Assembly (NCBI GenBank): GCA_046497275.1
Contig: JAWOFX010000080.1
Coordinates: 45,562-77,561 of the forward strand
Length of the DNA: 32,000 nt
Source: Promethearchaeia archaeon
Lineage (GTDB): Archaea; Asgardarchaeota; Lokiarchaeia; Sigyniarchaeales; SOKP01
Direction of reading: 5' to 3'
Part shown: in pieces, positions 8,628 to 18,936 of the stretch
Layout of the letters: each line of letters starts with the position of its first letter
Numbering within the stretch: position 1 is the first letter of the stretch
Made by a program: the position numbers and the translations under genes
The notes under the pieces: model-generated
Seen by the model: the letters and a program-made list of their open reading frames with translations, nothing else
Databases searched by the model: none
Told to the model about the DNA's origin: nothing

Positions 8628-9047
8628 TTATTTACTAAAAGATATATTCTTTAACTTTAAGATAAGGAAAGAATTTTTGAAGATTTTTTCGAGGGTATGC
8701 AAGGTTATTTTCCTGTTTAAATCGTATGCTACAATGAGACAATCATTATAAGAGAGGATGTTTGAATGAGAACATTTTAATTCACCTGCCTTAAACATCA
8801 GTGATTTATTAAGAGATACGAGTTTAACTGGCATATTGGTTAAGAACGATGCGACTCGTATTTCTGCTTGAACTCTTCCCAATAATTTACAGATATGATA
8901 ATATACTTCAACCATTAAAGGTTAAATAATATGAGCTGTAAGTTCTTTGCTTTTTATTTTGTTCATTAAATTAAGAATTTCATCAGGGGGACTCTCTGAA
9001 TAATATTGAGTAATAATCCCCGTATCTATACATACTACGGTTTTCAC
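8628..9047 (-). pseudogene. vapC: PIN-domain (VapC-like) toxin with an internal TAA
   Basis: From GTG 9047: MKTVVCIDTGIITQYY...ELTAHII*PLMVEVYYH...LSYNDCLIVA...LHT. IDT, E and D PIN positions are present; in-frame TAA at 8922-8924. Confidence 0.75.
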
Positions 9048-9090
9048 AAACTCTCCTTCTCTAATTCCTCTTCCCTGATTTTTGAAAAAT

Positions 9091-9162
9091 AACATAAACC
9101 AAAATTCATTATCGAGAAAAAGATAATTTTAGCAAAAAACGACCAGAAACTTGCATAATATA
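9091..9162. repeat. 72-bp dispersed direct repeat, copy B; contains the palindrome ATTATC-N8-GATAAT
   Basis: 66/72 identical to 6962-7033. Confidence 0.9.
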
Positions 9163-9221
9163 TTGAAATTACGGGATTGATTCATGGAATCAGTAGTGGT
9201 GTTTTAAATGACAAAGAACAT

Positions 9222-9587
9222 CTAGATTTTTCGAATTCTTAAGGTTTTTCCATCTGAAACAATGAATTTGTTTTTTATAATGATTTTTTGTGTATTTAAT
9301 TGGTTAAGAATATGGTGTATTACAGAGAAAATAAATTCCGATGATTGTGGATGTATTCTAATTAAAATTACTCCATAGGGACGTGTACCCTTACGATATG
9401 CCAAATAACCAAAATCCTTATCCATTGTGATAATCGGTCTCTTATATTTCTTACTTAATTCTATTATTTTTTCATCGTCAATCCCCCTAAAATCTTCTCT
9501 AATAGAAAGGATTTCAAAATCTAAGTTTCTTAATCTAAATATTACTGAATTTGGAATGTTTTCATCCATTATTAGTTTAAAAGACAT
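9222..9587 (-). CDS. DUF5615 family PIN-like protein
   Basis: LIMDENIP...GIDDEKI...IITMDKDFG pattern; directly downstream of a DUF433 gene. Confidence 0.85.
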   Translation of the reverse strand: MSFKLIMDENIPNSVIFRLRNLDFEILSIREDFRGIDDEKIIELSKKYKRPIITMDKDFGYLAYRKGTRPYGVILIRIHPQSSEFIFSVIHHILNQLNTQKIIIKNKFIVSDGKTLRIRKI

Positions 9588-9638
9588 TATAGATTTCTCC
9601 TAAATTACATATTACAAAATAAGAGACGACGAATAGTT

Positions 9639-9866
9639 TTATGGAAAAATTTTAAAAACTTCCTCTTCACGTACTACTTTGGAGGCATATTTAAGAACTG
9701 CCAGTATATCTTCTCTTTTAATTTCATATTCTTCTTGGATCTGGTTAAAATTCCAACCTGAGGCTAATAATTCCAAAATAAAATCAACAGAAAGACGAGT
9801 ACCCTTTATGCAAGGTTTTCCCGCACATTTTTTCTCATCAATAACGATTCTTTCTGGAATATTCAT
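9639..9866 (-). CDS. DUF433 family antitoxin-like protein (start ATG 9866)
   Basis: RIVIDEKKCAGKPCIKGTRLSVDFILELLASG...EDILAVLKYA. Confidence 0.9.
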   Translation of the reverse strand: MNIPERIVIDEKKCAGKPCIKGTRLSVDFILELLASGWNFNQIQEEYEIKREDILAVLKYASKVVREEEVFKIFP

Positions 9867-10280
9867 ATACTCTAATTGGAAGAACCAAAATAAATAGTTT
9901 TCTATTATTTCCAATAAGATTCAATAAGATAAGATATCAAATGTTCTTAGACTACTCGTTAAATTAGAATTTTTTACTTATAGTCGCATGTTTTTTAGTC
10001 TAAATTGGAAAGATTGGTTTCCAAGCTACTAAAGAATCCACCATGCAGCTCAAAAACACTTTCATAAGATTCCCTGTATAATATAAATTAATAATAATCT
10101 AATCTAATTGAAATATTCCAATTAAAAATCTTGTTAATTCGATTTAAATCCAAATTTTGAATTGAAAATTAATTAAATCTTTAGAGATCATTCCAAATCG
10201 ATTTTCTTTTTACAGAAGGATTAAAGGAGTATAAGTAGGTAAAAACATATAGGAGTGATTCATATTCTTGTAATGAAAAA

Positions 10281-10742
10281 ATGAATGACAATAAGGATGA
10301 ACATAATTTAAATGAAAAGGGAGAAAAATCTAAGAGGCCTGAATGGTGGACACCATTTTGGATAGCGATGGGAATTTCAATGATTGGCTCAGGAATTTTT
10401 AGTTATTTTTTTTTATCCCGTGATTTTATACGCATTCTTATTCTTGAAATTGTTTTTTTGATAGTTTTGGGGCTCGCTTATTATTTTCGCGTTAATCCCT
10501 CAAAGAAAGCAAATAAAATTGCATATATTTTATTGGGAATCACTCCTATTGGATTTGGTTTATGGGTGGTTTATGCTGTCTTTTGTGGGCTAACAAATTT
10601 TTGCCATTTTCTAAACAATTTAGAGCCCTATGGATTTCTGATTAATTTAACTTTTCAACTACTTCTTTATGTGGTGGGAGGATTTATTGGAAATTGGATT
10701 GGTAAAAAAAGAGACTATAAACTGCCTTTAAGTTCCTATTAA
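10281..10742 (+). CDS. Hypothetical membrane protein, about 4 TM segments
   Basis: Four hydrophobic stretches; GGAGTGA upstream. Confidence 0.8.
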   Translation: MNDNKDEHNLNEKGEKSKRPEWWTPFWIAMGISMIGSGIFSYFFLSRDFIRILILEIVFLIVLGLAYYFRVNPSKKANKIAYILLGITPIGFGLWVVYAVFCGLTNFCHFLNNLEPYGFLINLTFQLLLYVVGGFIGNWIGKKRDYKLPLSSY

Positions 10743-11074
10743 AACTTTTTATTTGATTTCTCTCTATTTTGATCTTTCAGTTCTCTAATTACATTCAAAT
10801 CAATAATAAGAATTTCTTTATAAAAATATATCTGATTAGGAAAGCGATATAAATTCATTATCATCTCGAAGATCAGAGATTCGAGCATAACTAATTTTAA
10901 TTTCTTTTTTATTTTTTTTCATAATTTTTACTATCGATCTTAGAGTTAAAAAGCAAAATATCGGATCAAACTAAGAAGGATTAGAATTTGTGTGTCTAAT
11001 TATCTCATAAATTTAAAAAAAGAATAAAAATTTTTGGGGAAAAAATTTATATTTTTTAACAAAAGGTTTTAAAT

Positions 11075-11320
11075 TTGACAGAAGGAACAGTAAAATGGTT
11101 CGACAGCCGAAAAGGCTATGGATTTATTAATTCCGAAGATGATGAGGATGTATTTGTTCATTACTCCGCTATTGAGGGAGATGATGCCGCATACAAATCG
11201 TTAAACGAAGATGATAAAGTTGAGTTTAATAAAGTAGAAGGCAAAAAAGGTCCTCAAGCAGAGAACGTTACCGTAACAGAAAGAGCACCTCGGAAAGAGA
11301 AAAGAGGATTTCGCTTTTAA
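11075..11320 (+). CDS. cspA: Cold-shock domain protein
   Basis: [15 protein letters not shown] (RNP1), DVFVHYSAI (RNP2), KGPQAENV; basic RGF-containing tail; TTG start. Confidence 0.95.
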   Translation: MTEGTVKWFDSRKGYGFINSEDDEDVFVHYSAIEGDDAAYKSLNEDDKVEFNKVEGKKGPQAENVTVTERAPRKEKRGFRF

Positions 11321-11772
11321 GTAGGTTTTTTCTACTAAATAATGCTCTGTTCTTTATAGCATTATATTATCGCGTAATAAGATCCATATAAAATAAAAGC
11401 TTTACAAAGTACCAAATTAATAAGCAGTAAGTAATAATTAGTAACACTATATATAACTTAAGGATCTCCTGGTTATTCTAATTTACAGTTGTTGCCGAGA
11501 CTTATCTTTTTTTTAATTTCACTTTATTATATTACAATAATAGATAAATATTAGATAATTATTGAAATCTTAGGAAGAGATTAGAAACTGAAAATAAATA
11601 AGTGGAAGATTTTCTAATTTAACCAGAATTCCTTTTAGAAATTTTTGCATCTTAAAATCACCCTTTTATTCAATTTTTTAAATTTTTTGATAAACAAGAT
11701 AAGGCTTATGAATTTTATATCAGCTTAAAAGAAATTATTAAAGATGGTAGAAAAATTATTTTATCTAGCAAA

Positions 11773-12216
11773 CTAGTTATTTAATATCCATGAATTCTTA
11801 GATCTTCGAATAGTATCATTTTCTAACAATTTTTTAACTCGTTTTTTATATTTTTTTCCCACACCCTCATCATATAATAAAATTCCGTTATATAGTGCCT
11901 CTAAAGTAATTGGATGGAATTCCTTGACCATTTCATCAAATTTATCTATATTATATACAAAAAAGTCGATTCCACCAGATGAAATATCATACATTTTTCT
12001 CAATTTTTCAAAATAATCTCCTTCTATAGAATCACTCACAATTAACAAATCAATGTCACTTCTATAATTGAAATTCCCTTTAGCGCTCGATCCAAAAAGA
12101 ATGATGAATTCTGCTTGATATTGTGAATAAAATTTTTTCAAAAATTCAATTAATTTATCCCTTTTTGGATGACTTTTCAAGAGTTCTGTTATTTTATTTA
12201 ATTTTTTCTTGTACAT
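11773..12216 (-). CDS. MNT nucleotidyltransferase
   Basis: ILFGSSAKGNFNYRSDIDLLIV. Confidence 0.9.
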   Translation of the reverse strand: MYKKKLNKITELLKSHPKRDKLIEFLKKFYSQYQAEFIILFGSSAKGNFNYRSDIDLLIVSDSIEGDYFEKLRKMYDISSGGIDFFVYNIDKFDEMVKEFHPITLEALYNGILLYDEGVGKKYKKRVKKLLENDTIRRSKNSWILNN

Positions 12217-12580
12217 ATTCTAATATTTCTTTTGCTAATTTTATTGCATCTAGTGCTTGCTGCTTAGAAAATTTTTCAGAAGGATGCCCACTTGTAAAGG
12301 CGTCGGGATATCTTGTAGATATATAATACAAATTTAGAGTTTTGCTATTATCTAAGATTTTTTCCGGAATTTTAATCTTTTTTTCTAACTCTTCTATTAA
12401 ATCCACTAAATCATGACCCCATAAAAAAATATTTATGTATTCCCCCAAGGCTTTTAATGCCTTTTCCGCTGTCTGTTGTGCTAAAAAGCAAGACCAAGAA
12501 AAATCATTTGTATCTAAAAGATGATTTGCCGCTTCTAAATCTGATTTTCCTTGCTCTAACCAATCCTTACTTCGATCCAT
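12194..12580 (-). CDS. HEPN domain protein (COG2250-like)
   Basis: WLEQGKSDLEAA...CFLAQQTAEKALKA...GHDL...YISTRYPD. Confidence 0.9.
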   Translation of the reverse strand: MDRSKDWLEQGKSDLEAANHLLDTNDFSWSCFLAQQTAEKALKALGEYINIFLWGHDLVDLIEELEKKIKIPEKILDNSKTLNLYYISTRYPDAFTSGHPSEKFSKQQALDAIKLAKEILEYVQEKIK

Positions 12581-12739
12581 TCCAACTCTCTAATTACTTA
12601 AATTTCACACCTACTATAAATAAAATCTTTTAGACTTAAATTCTTAGCTATAAAAATAAGTTTCACATCTACACTGTTTTAGGTTAGAAAATTAAATCTT
12701 TATATAATCATTCTCACCAAAAAATTAAATTTATTTCTA

Positions 12740-13170
12740 AAAAGGGTATTATTCCTCCCAGATACCTGATAAATGAATTGGTACAGTAAATCCAGATCCT
12801 GAACACATTTTATCAGATTAGTAGAATTTTGAGCATGATGATTTTAAATAATTTAAATTTCAACTGATTTTTCTTATTAATTTGAAATTTTTCATTCCAA
12901 AACCTTCGCAAGGCAGTCCTCTTATAGCTAATATTTTTCCATAAGAATCATCCGTTTGGATTGAATTATTTTTTAGATAAGCAACATATCAAAATAAAAG
13001 GGAATTAGGGACATAATATATGCTCATCCAGAGGGCTCTCCGCTGTTAGGTTGATTCAATGTGATAACTAAGAAAATGGTTATAAAGGTAGCTATAGCTG
13101 AAAGTATTATCAGGACTAGTGCTAATCTTTTTTTCCCAATTTTCAACCTTTTAGTTGAAATCGCAATCAC
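12740..13170 (-). pseudogene. Probable remnant of an N-terminally membrane-anchored or secreted protein gene
   Basis: 48-aa ORF at 13024-13170 (basic N-terminus plus TM segment LALVLIILSAIATFITIFLVITL), followed by short broken coding-like fragments. The left boundary is approximate. Confidence 0.35.
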
Positions 13171-13280
13171 CAATCTTTTTATTATTTATTCTTATTATTA
13201 TTTTATTCACTAATATTAATCATTAGAATATTAATTTAACTATGGAATTTACTTTCACGGCTCTGGCTCTTAGTAAAAAA

Positions 13281-13601
13281 TTATAAATCTAGGCATTATT
13301 AAAAATCCTTTAAATATAAGAGCATTTTATGATTTTAAATCTCAGTTTAAGTTTTTACTGATATTTAGTATTGAAATTCCACGAGTGTTTTTTATATTAA
13401 TATATGTAAAAATTTGTTTGAGAGTGTCTATGCATCTTTCAGATAATGATAAAAAAAGATTTCACAAAATAATTACCAAACTAAAGCAAGATGAAGATAT
13501 TCTAGCTGCCATATTATACGGGAGCGCTCTTAAATCTGATAGTGGCTTATGAACGTATTCTTCAAAGAATCGCTTTTATTGAAAATCAATTAAATTTATT
13601 A
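13281..13601 (+). pseudogene. Inverted, internally deleted copy of the promoter-MNT-HEPN locus at 7760-8338
   Basis: Matches the reverse complement of 8338-8077, then jumps to 7818-7760. Encodes MHLSDNDKK...ILAAILYGSALKSD fused to AYERILQRIAFIENQLNL. Confidence 0.9.
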
Positions 13602-13602
13602 T

Positions 13603-13998
13603 TCATAAAGAGAGCAATTCTTCTTTAGAAAGTGTTTGGCGATGTTTCTGATCATTCCATAATTTTCTATAAAAGTAAAAAAATTCATAAAGGTCATATT
13701 TATTTGGGCTGTATATAATAATTCCATTTTGAATAACACGAATTTTAATATAGAGAGGGAATTCTTGGAATAATCTAATATCATATTTTTTTAAAGTAGC
13801 ATTAATATGTTGCAATATAAATGAAATAAGTTTCACGGGGTCTTCATTTGGTGCCACGACGCATATATCGATGTCGCTTCTATTTGTTTGTGTCCCCTTT
13901 GCATATGAACCAAATAAAAGAACTCCTAAGATGGGTTTATTCTTAATAATAGGTAAAAAATCTTGTCGTAATTGGATTAAGAGTTCTTCACTAACCAT
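13603..13998 (-). CDS. MNT antitoxin (MntA-like)
   Basis: LLFGSYAKGTQTNRSDIDIC; GGAGGTGA Shine-Dalgarno. Confidence 0.9.
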   Translation of the reverse strand: MVSEELLIQLRQDFLPIIKNKPILGVLLFGSYAKGTQTNRSDIDICVVAPNEDPVKLISFILQHINATLKKYDIRLFQEFPLYIKIRVIQNGIIIYSPNKYDLYEFFYFYRKLWNDQKHRQTLSKEELLSL

Positions 13999-14414
13999 CT
14001 ATTCACCTCCTCTTTATAATCTTTAAAAATTTTTATTAAGACTAAAATCCTCTCATATGCAATTAAGTCGTCAAGACCATTATAATTATGAACTATCCTA
14101 TTTCTAAGGCCATTTGCTTCCTTTAACTTAACACCAAGTTCATTTTTAATAATATTTTTCTCAATAAGAGAATTTATATTTGAATAATCATCTTTAGGTA
14201 AGATTTTTTCATCCTTTATTATCATAGCGGTTATATCTGATATAATTTCAACTACAATTTGAAAAGCATGATAAATACTGTATCTTTTCTGTAATGCTGT
14301 TTCCTTAATAAAGACCTTATCTTCAATATCATACGTCCAATCCGTTAAATTTCCAATTGTTGTTTCCAAATATTTCAATTTTTCTTTATATCTTAATAAT
14401 CGCTCTTCATCCAT
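13977..14414 (-). CDS. DUF86/HepT-type HEPN RNase toxin, intact
   Basis: NGLRNRIVHNYNGLD (RX4HXY). Confidence 0.9.
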   Translation of the reverse strand: MDEERLLRYKEKLKYLETTIGNLTDWTYDIEDKVFIKETALQKRYSIYHAFQIVVEIISDITAMIIKDEKILPKDDYSNINSLIEKNIIKNELGVKLKEANGLRNRIVHNYNGLDDLIAYERILVLIKIFKDYKEEVNRWLVKNS

Positions 14415-14785
14415 CGTTATGATGTTAATTTCTTTTGACTATTTTAATATTAATATATTGATTTATTAACGTTCAATTTTTAAGTTCTAGTTGGTTTTTA
14501 AACATTTCTCAAGTAATAGTTGATTAAACCCTCAGATGAATCCTATTTCATATATGTAATTTTTATGATTCTTCAATATCTTAAGCACAATTCTCTCATT
14601 TAAATCTTATCCCAAAAAGAATCTGGGTCAATTAGCTCTTTTTTATTTCTTATTTTCAATATTACTTGTTAAACAAGATTTTTGAAATCCTCTAAAAATT
14701 TATCTAGAAAGGTAAAATTTATTTCAATCTTTTTTATGAAGCTATATTCTGTGTCTTCCTGCAGCAACATCCGAACAGAAATTCC

Positions 14786-15916
14786 TTACCAATTAAGTGT
14801 GGCATAATCATTCAAGGGTAATTGAATTCTCTTATTCCTGCGTTGAGATTCATATGAAGCTAAAACAATTTCCAAGGCAGCTCTTCCATCATAAATTGTA
14901 GGAATCCATTCTTCAGGAAATCCAACATCTTCATTTGATCTTTCTAGAACCCGATTGATAAATGAGCGTATTTCTCGAGCATAAGGTTGTTCCATAGGAT
15001 CTTTCGAGAGAGATATATTTGTTTTCACAAGCTTATAGGTTTTCTCGTCTTTGATATATTTTTCCAGCTCCATTGGTTTCTTTTTATATTCCGCTTGAAC
15101 GCTGAAAGTATAATTTCCTTGTGTTCCATGAATCCTTCCTCTCTCATCACCATATACATCACCTACAATGGCTTCTGATCGTTCGAAAAGCGCAACGATA
15201 TCGCTATCTTTAAAAGTTAATATAACTAACGAATGATCCTCATTTACTCTAGTTTCATGAATACGCCGTATCCGCGCATCAATACTTTCTACAGGACCAA
15301 ACCACCACCTGAATAGATCAAAGTAATGAGGTCCATGATCTAAAAGATCTCCGCCACCACACCGTTCATCTGTCAATCTCCATAAGCCAATTTCTTGAAT
15401 CAATTCTTTGCTAGGCTTTTCTTCTAAAAATTGAGCCATAGAATGATACCAAAATACTGATGCTTGGAAAATAGTACCTATCTCTTTTTTGAGAATTCCT
15501 TCCTTAATATATTGGTTTCCCAAATCAAATCTCTTCTGGGTCGCGGTTTGAAAAATAACATCGTTCTTCTCAACCACTTTAATTAATTCATCGATTTCGT
15601 CTAAATCTTGACCAACTGGTTTTTCACATAAAATATGCTTGCCATTTTTTGCTGCTTTAATTGCTTGTTCTGTGTGAAGCCAATGAGGAGAGCAAATACT
15701 TACTGCTTCAATATTAGGATCGTCTATTAAATCATTGGCATTTTCATAACCTTTTGGTATTTTAAATTTATTTTGAACTTTCTTAAGATGTGCTTTAAGC
15801 GGGTCAGCAACGGCAACTACTTCAGCAAGAGGAGATTTCTGATAAGCTGGTAAATGGCCAATATTAGCCACCATCCCGCAGCCTATTACTCCTACCTTTA
15901 ACGTTTTATTGGACAT
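14786..15916 (-). CDS. Gfo/Idh/MocA family NAD(P)-dependent oxidoreductase
   Basis: VGVIGCGMVA, HILCEKP, GGGDLLDHGPHYFD. Confidence 0.92.
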   Translation of the reverse strand: MSNKTLKVGVIGCGMVANIGHLPAYQKSPLAEVVAVADPLKAHLKKVQNKFKIPKGYENANDLIDDPNIEAVSICSPHWLHTEQAIKAAKNGKHILCEKPVGQDLDEIDELIKVVEKNDVIFQTATQKRFDLGNQYIKEGILKKEIGTIFQASVFWYHSMAQFLEEKPSKELIQEIGLWRLTDERCGGGDLLDHGPHYFDLFRWWFGPVESIDARIRRIHETRVNEDHSLVILTFKDSDIVALFERSEAIVGDVYGDERGRIHGTQGNYTFSVQAEYKKKPMELEKYIKDEKTYKLVKTNISLSKDPMEQPYAREIRSFINRVLERSNEDVGFPEEWIPTIYDGRAALEIVLASYESQRRNKRIQLPLNDYATLNW

Positions 15917-16194
15917 ATTTCTATTAACAAGTTATTATTATCAGGTTTTATATAATAGAATTATTATGAATTCCTTTTAACCCTATATATTCATTTAAAG
16001 AAAAAAGTTATTTTCAAAAAATTCACGAATAAAGAAAATCGTAACAATTTTTTACTATTTGATCAAAAACGATCATTAAAATCAAATCTATTTTCAATTT
16101 CAGTTATATTTATATTAGCAACTATTCTTATATTATAATATTTGAAAAAAAATGTAAAAATATATGAATAATTAAATTGAGGTGAAAAGTCTTA

Positions 16195-16506
16195 ATGGCG
16201 TTTTTTATGGTAACCTTTACGTATCCACCGAATAAAGCGAGAGAGGTTGGGGAGGCATTTCTTTCAGGAAAGGCACCTAAATTGCCTGAATTTGTAAAAC
16301 AAGAAAAAGTATTTGTCGTGTTAGATGGACAAGTTAAAAATTATATTATCTATGAGGTGGAGAATGAAAAGACTCACGAAGGTTTAATGGCAATTACAAA
16401 TAGATTTTCGGGGTATTTTAATATTAATGGTTCTGAATTTAAAGTACAACATCTTATGACTACCCGGGAAGCTTTACCTTTAATTGGGTTAAAAAAATCT
16501 GATTAA
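16195..16506 (+). CDS. Hypothetical protein (103 aa)
   Basis: Clean ORF with GAGGTGA Shine-Dalgarno; no motif recognised. Confidence 0.8.
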   Translation: MAFFMVTFTYPPNKAREVGEAFLSGKAPKLPEFVKQEKVFVVLDGQVKNYIIYEVENEKTHEGLMAITNRFSGYFNINGSEFKVQHLMTTREALPLIGLKKSD

Positions 16507-16615
16507 ATTTCTCTTTTTTTCAATCTTTTTTTATTGCTGAAATAAATGGAAAATGATTTATATGCAAAACAATTCAATATGCTTAGATATTAAAAAAAAT
16601 ATAGATAATGAATAG

Positions 16616-17827
16616 ATGGAAACCCCTCTCAATAAGGATAAAGATAATCAAAACGAGAAAGATAATCTCTATCTTTTGAATTATGTGAAGCATCTGGAAA
16701 AAAGAATTAGAAATCTTGAATCAGAAAGACAATTATTAGAATCTGAAAGATTGCGCTTAGAACAAGAAATTCATGGAGTACGAAACGAGATTGACCATTT
16801 AAGAGAACCTCCCCTTATTACTGGTACAGTTATAGATGTTCTTGATCCAAATAAAAATCGTGTCATTATTCGATGCTCAAGTGGACCGAGTTTTATCGTG
16901 ACCACTTCAAAAAAGATAAAAGAATCGCTACAATCTGGTATGGAAGTAGCGTTGAATCAACATACGTATTCTATCATGGAAATCTTACCTATGAATTATG
17001 ATCCCCTCGTGAGAGGGATGGAGGTCATTGACTATGTCCCGGATGTGACCTATGCAGATGTCGGTGGATTAGAAGAACAAATTCAAGAAGTAAAAGAAAT
17101 GGTTGAATTACCATTAAAAAAACCGGAACTCTTCTTAAAAGTGGGAATTGAACCCCCAAAAGGAATTCTTTTTCATGGTCCTCCAGGTACTGGAAAAACT
17201 TTATTAGCAAAAGCCGTTGCTCATGAGACAAATGTGGCCTTCATTAGAGTTATCGGTTCTGAATTAGTTCAAAAATATATTGGAGAGGGTGCGAGATTTG
17301 TACGGGAAATTTTCAATTTGGCTCGGGAAAAGGCACCTGCAATTCTTTTAATTGATGAATTAGACGCCATAGGAGCGATGAGATTGACGGATGCTACTTC
17401 GGGAGATAGAGAAGTTCAAAGAACCTTAATGCAACTGCTCAGTGAACTTGATGGGTTCTCTTCACGAGGAGATATTAAATTTATAGGCGCAACTAACAGA
17501 ATAGATATTCTTGATCTCGCACTGCTTAGATCAGGACGATTTGACAGAATTATAGAGTTTCCTATGCCAAATGAAGTTGCGCGCGAGCAAATTTTTAAGA
17601 TACATACAAAAACGCTCAATCTCGATAAATCTGTCAATCTTAACTATTTGGTCCATATCACGAAAGATGCCTCGGGAGCTGATATTAAAGCTTTCTGTAC
17701 TGAAGCAGGTATGTACGCAATCAGGAGAAATTCAGATATCATTTCTCAAGCAGATTTTTTAAATTCTGTTGAAAAAGTAATGAAAAGGGTTCAAACTAAA
17801 CAACCGCCTTCAAGTATTTTTGTATAA
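16616..17827 (+). CDS. pan: Proteasome-activating nucleotidase
   Basis: N-terminal coiled coil plus PPL OB start, GPPGTGKT, KYIGEG pore loop, IDELD, GRFDR, and a C-terminal hydrophobic-aromatic-X tail (IFV). Confidence 0.95.
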   Translation: METPLNKDKDNQNEKDNLYLLNYVKHLEKRIRNLESERQLLESERLRLEQEIHGVRNEIDHLREPPLITGTVIDVLDPNKNRVIIRCSSGPSFIVTTSKKIKESLQSGMEVALNQHTYSIMEILPMNYDPLVRGMEVIDYVPDVTYADVGGLEEQIQEVKEMVELPLKKPELFLKVGIEPPKGILFHGPPGTGKTLLAKAVAHETNVAFIRVIGSELVQKYIGEGARFVREIFNLAREKAPAILLIDELDAIGAMRLTDATSGDREVQRTLMQLLSELDGFSSRGDIKFIGATNRIDILDLALLRSGRFDRIIEFPMPNEVAREQIFKIHTKTLNLDKSVNLNYLVHITKDASGADIKAFCTEAGMYAIRRNSDIISQADFLNSVEKVMKRVQTKQPPSSIFV

Positions 17828-17995
17828 TAAGCATTTTTTCTGGTTCTTGTTTTTTCCTTTGAGATCATTATCTGCAATTTAAAATTTAATAATATCTCTC
17901 CTTAAGATATTGAATTAGGAAACAAAAATTATAAATGAATAAATTAATCAATAAAGTAATAAGAAAATATTATAAATTTTATAAATTAAAAAAAT

Positions 17996-18838
17996 GTGAT
18001 CAGTTTGACGAAAAAAAAAAAGGAAGATGAAGAACAAAAAAGGGAGAAAATCGTCTATAAGGACATCAAAGTTAGTTTCTGGCGAACTCGTTTGCATGAT
18101 GAGGAACTCGGTCTTCACCAAGAAATGAAATATCAAGCGAAGACACGTTGGTATTCCAAGAGTTTTGATATGGAAGGGCTTATTGAGGTTGATGATAAAA
18201 AAGAATATGTCATTGCGTTTAATAAGAAGGATTGGGAAGATGCTCCGAAAGATGCAAATAAACGATTTATCTTACGTATCTTTACAATAATGGAAGAGGA
18301 ATTTGACGGAAAGGATCTTAAGGGTGGAAATTATCATGGAGGTATTGAATTAAGTATTACTCATTCATTAGTTCAGAGCTTTGAAGTAAAAAGACCTGCA
18401 CCAGTATTCTTTATTCAATTACCAAGAGATATAAATCTCTATCGGGTTGTTGCAGGATGGAGATTAATTGGAACTAGATGGAGCTGGCCTTTACTTCCCG
18501 AAAAGAAAGGAGATAAACTTCAGATGATTTTGGCGAAAGGGGTAATAGGACCAGGGAGAAATTATAAGATTTATCTAGGAGATGTGTTGATTGCCAGAAT
18601 TGATGGACAACCCATACAAAAAGAGTATGAAATCGAAATCTACAACGAGGATTATGCAAAAGACACAACATTTGTGAAGCAATTAATCCTATTTGCGTGT
18701 TCTTGTGAATTTATGGATGAGAGTGAGAAAATGATTAAGCGATTATTTAAAAAGATGAAAAAAACTGGAACCTCCGACTATAAAATTCCGAAGTCTGAAC
18801 GCGATCTTTTCCGAAACCCGAGAATGATGAGAAGATAA
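17996..18838 (+). CDS. Hypothetical protein, possibly tubby/LURP1/scramblase-like fold
   Basis: Long ORF; beta-rich pattern followed by a C-terminal hydrophobic helix. The fold call is inference only. Confidence 0.7.
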   Translation: MISLTKKKKEDEEQKREKIVYKDIKVSFWRTRLHDEELGLHQEMKYQAKTRWYSKSFDMEGLIEVDDKKEYVIAFNKKDWEDAPKDANKRFILRIFTIMEEEFDGKDLKGGNYHGGIELSITHSLVQSFEVKRPAPVFFIQLPRDINLYRVVAGWRLIGTRWSWPLLPEKKGDKLQMILAKGVIGPGRNYKIYLGDVLIARIDGQPIQKEYEIEIYNEDYAKDTTFVKQLILFACSCEFMDESEKMIKRLFKKMKKTGTSDYKIPKSERDLFRNPRMMRR

Positions 18839-18936
18839 ATTCAAGTTCTTATAAATAACATTTTATTATTTTCTTTTCTAATTTTCTTAGAACCTATAAC
18901 AAAAAAATTAAAAATAAATTGATAGCTTAGTTAAAA

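Noticed and set aside
6962-9162. CRISPR interpretation of the 72-bp repeats or the octamer repeat
   Set aside because: Only two widely spaced copies, no repeat-spacer periodicity, and no cas genes.
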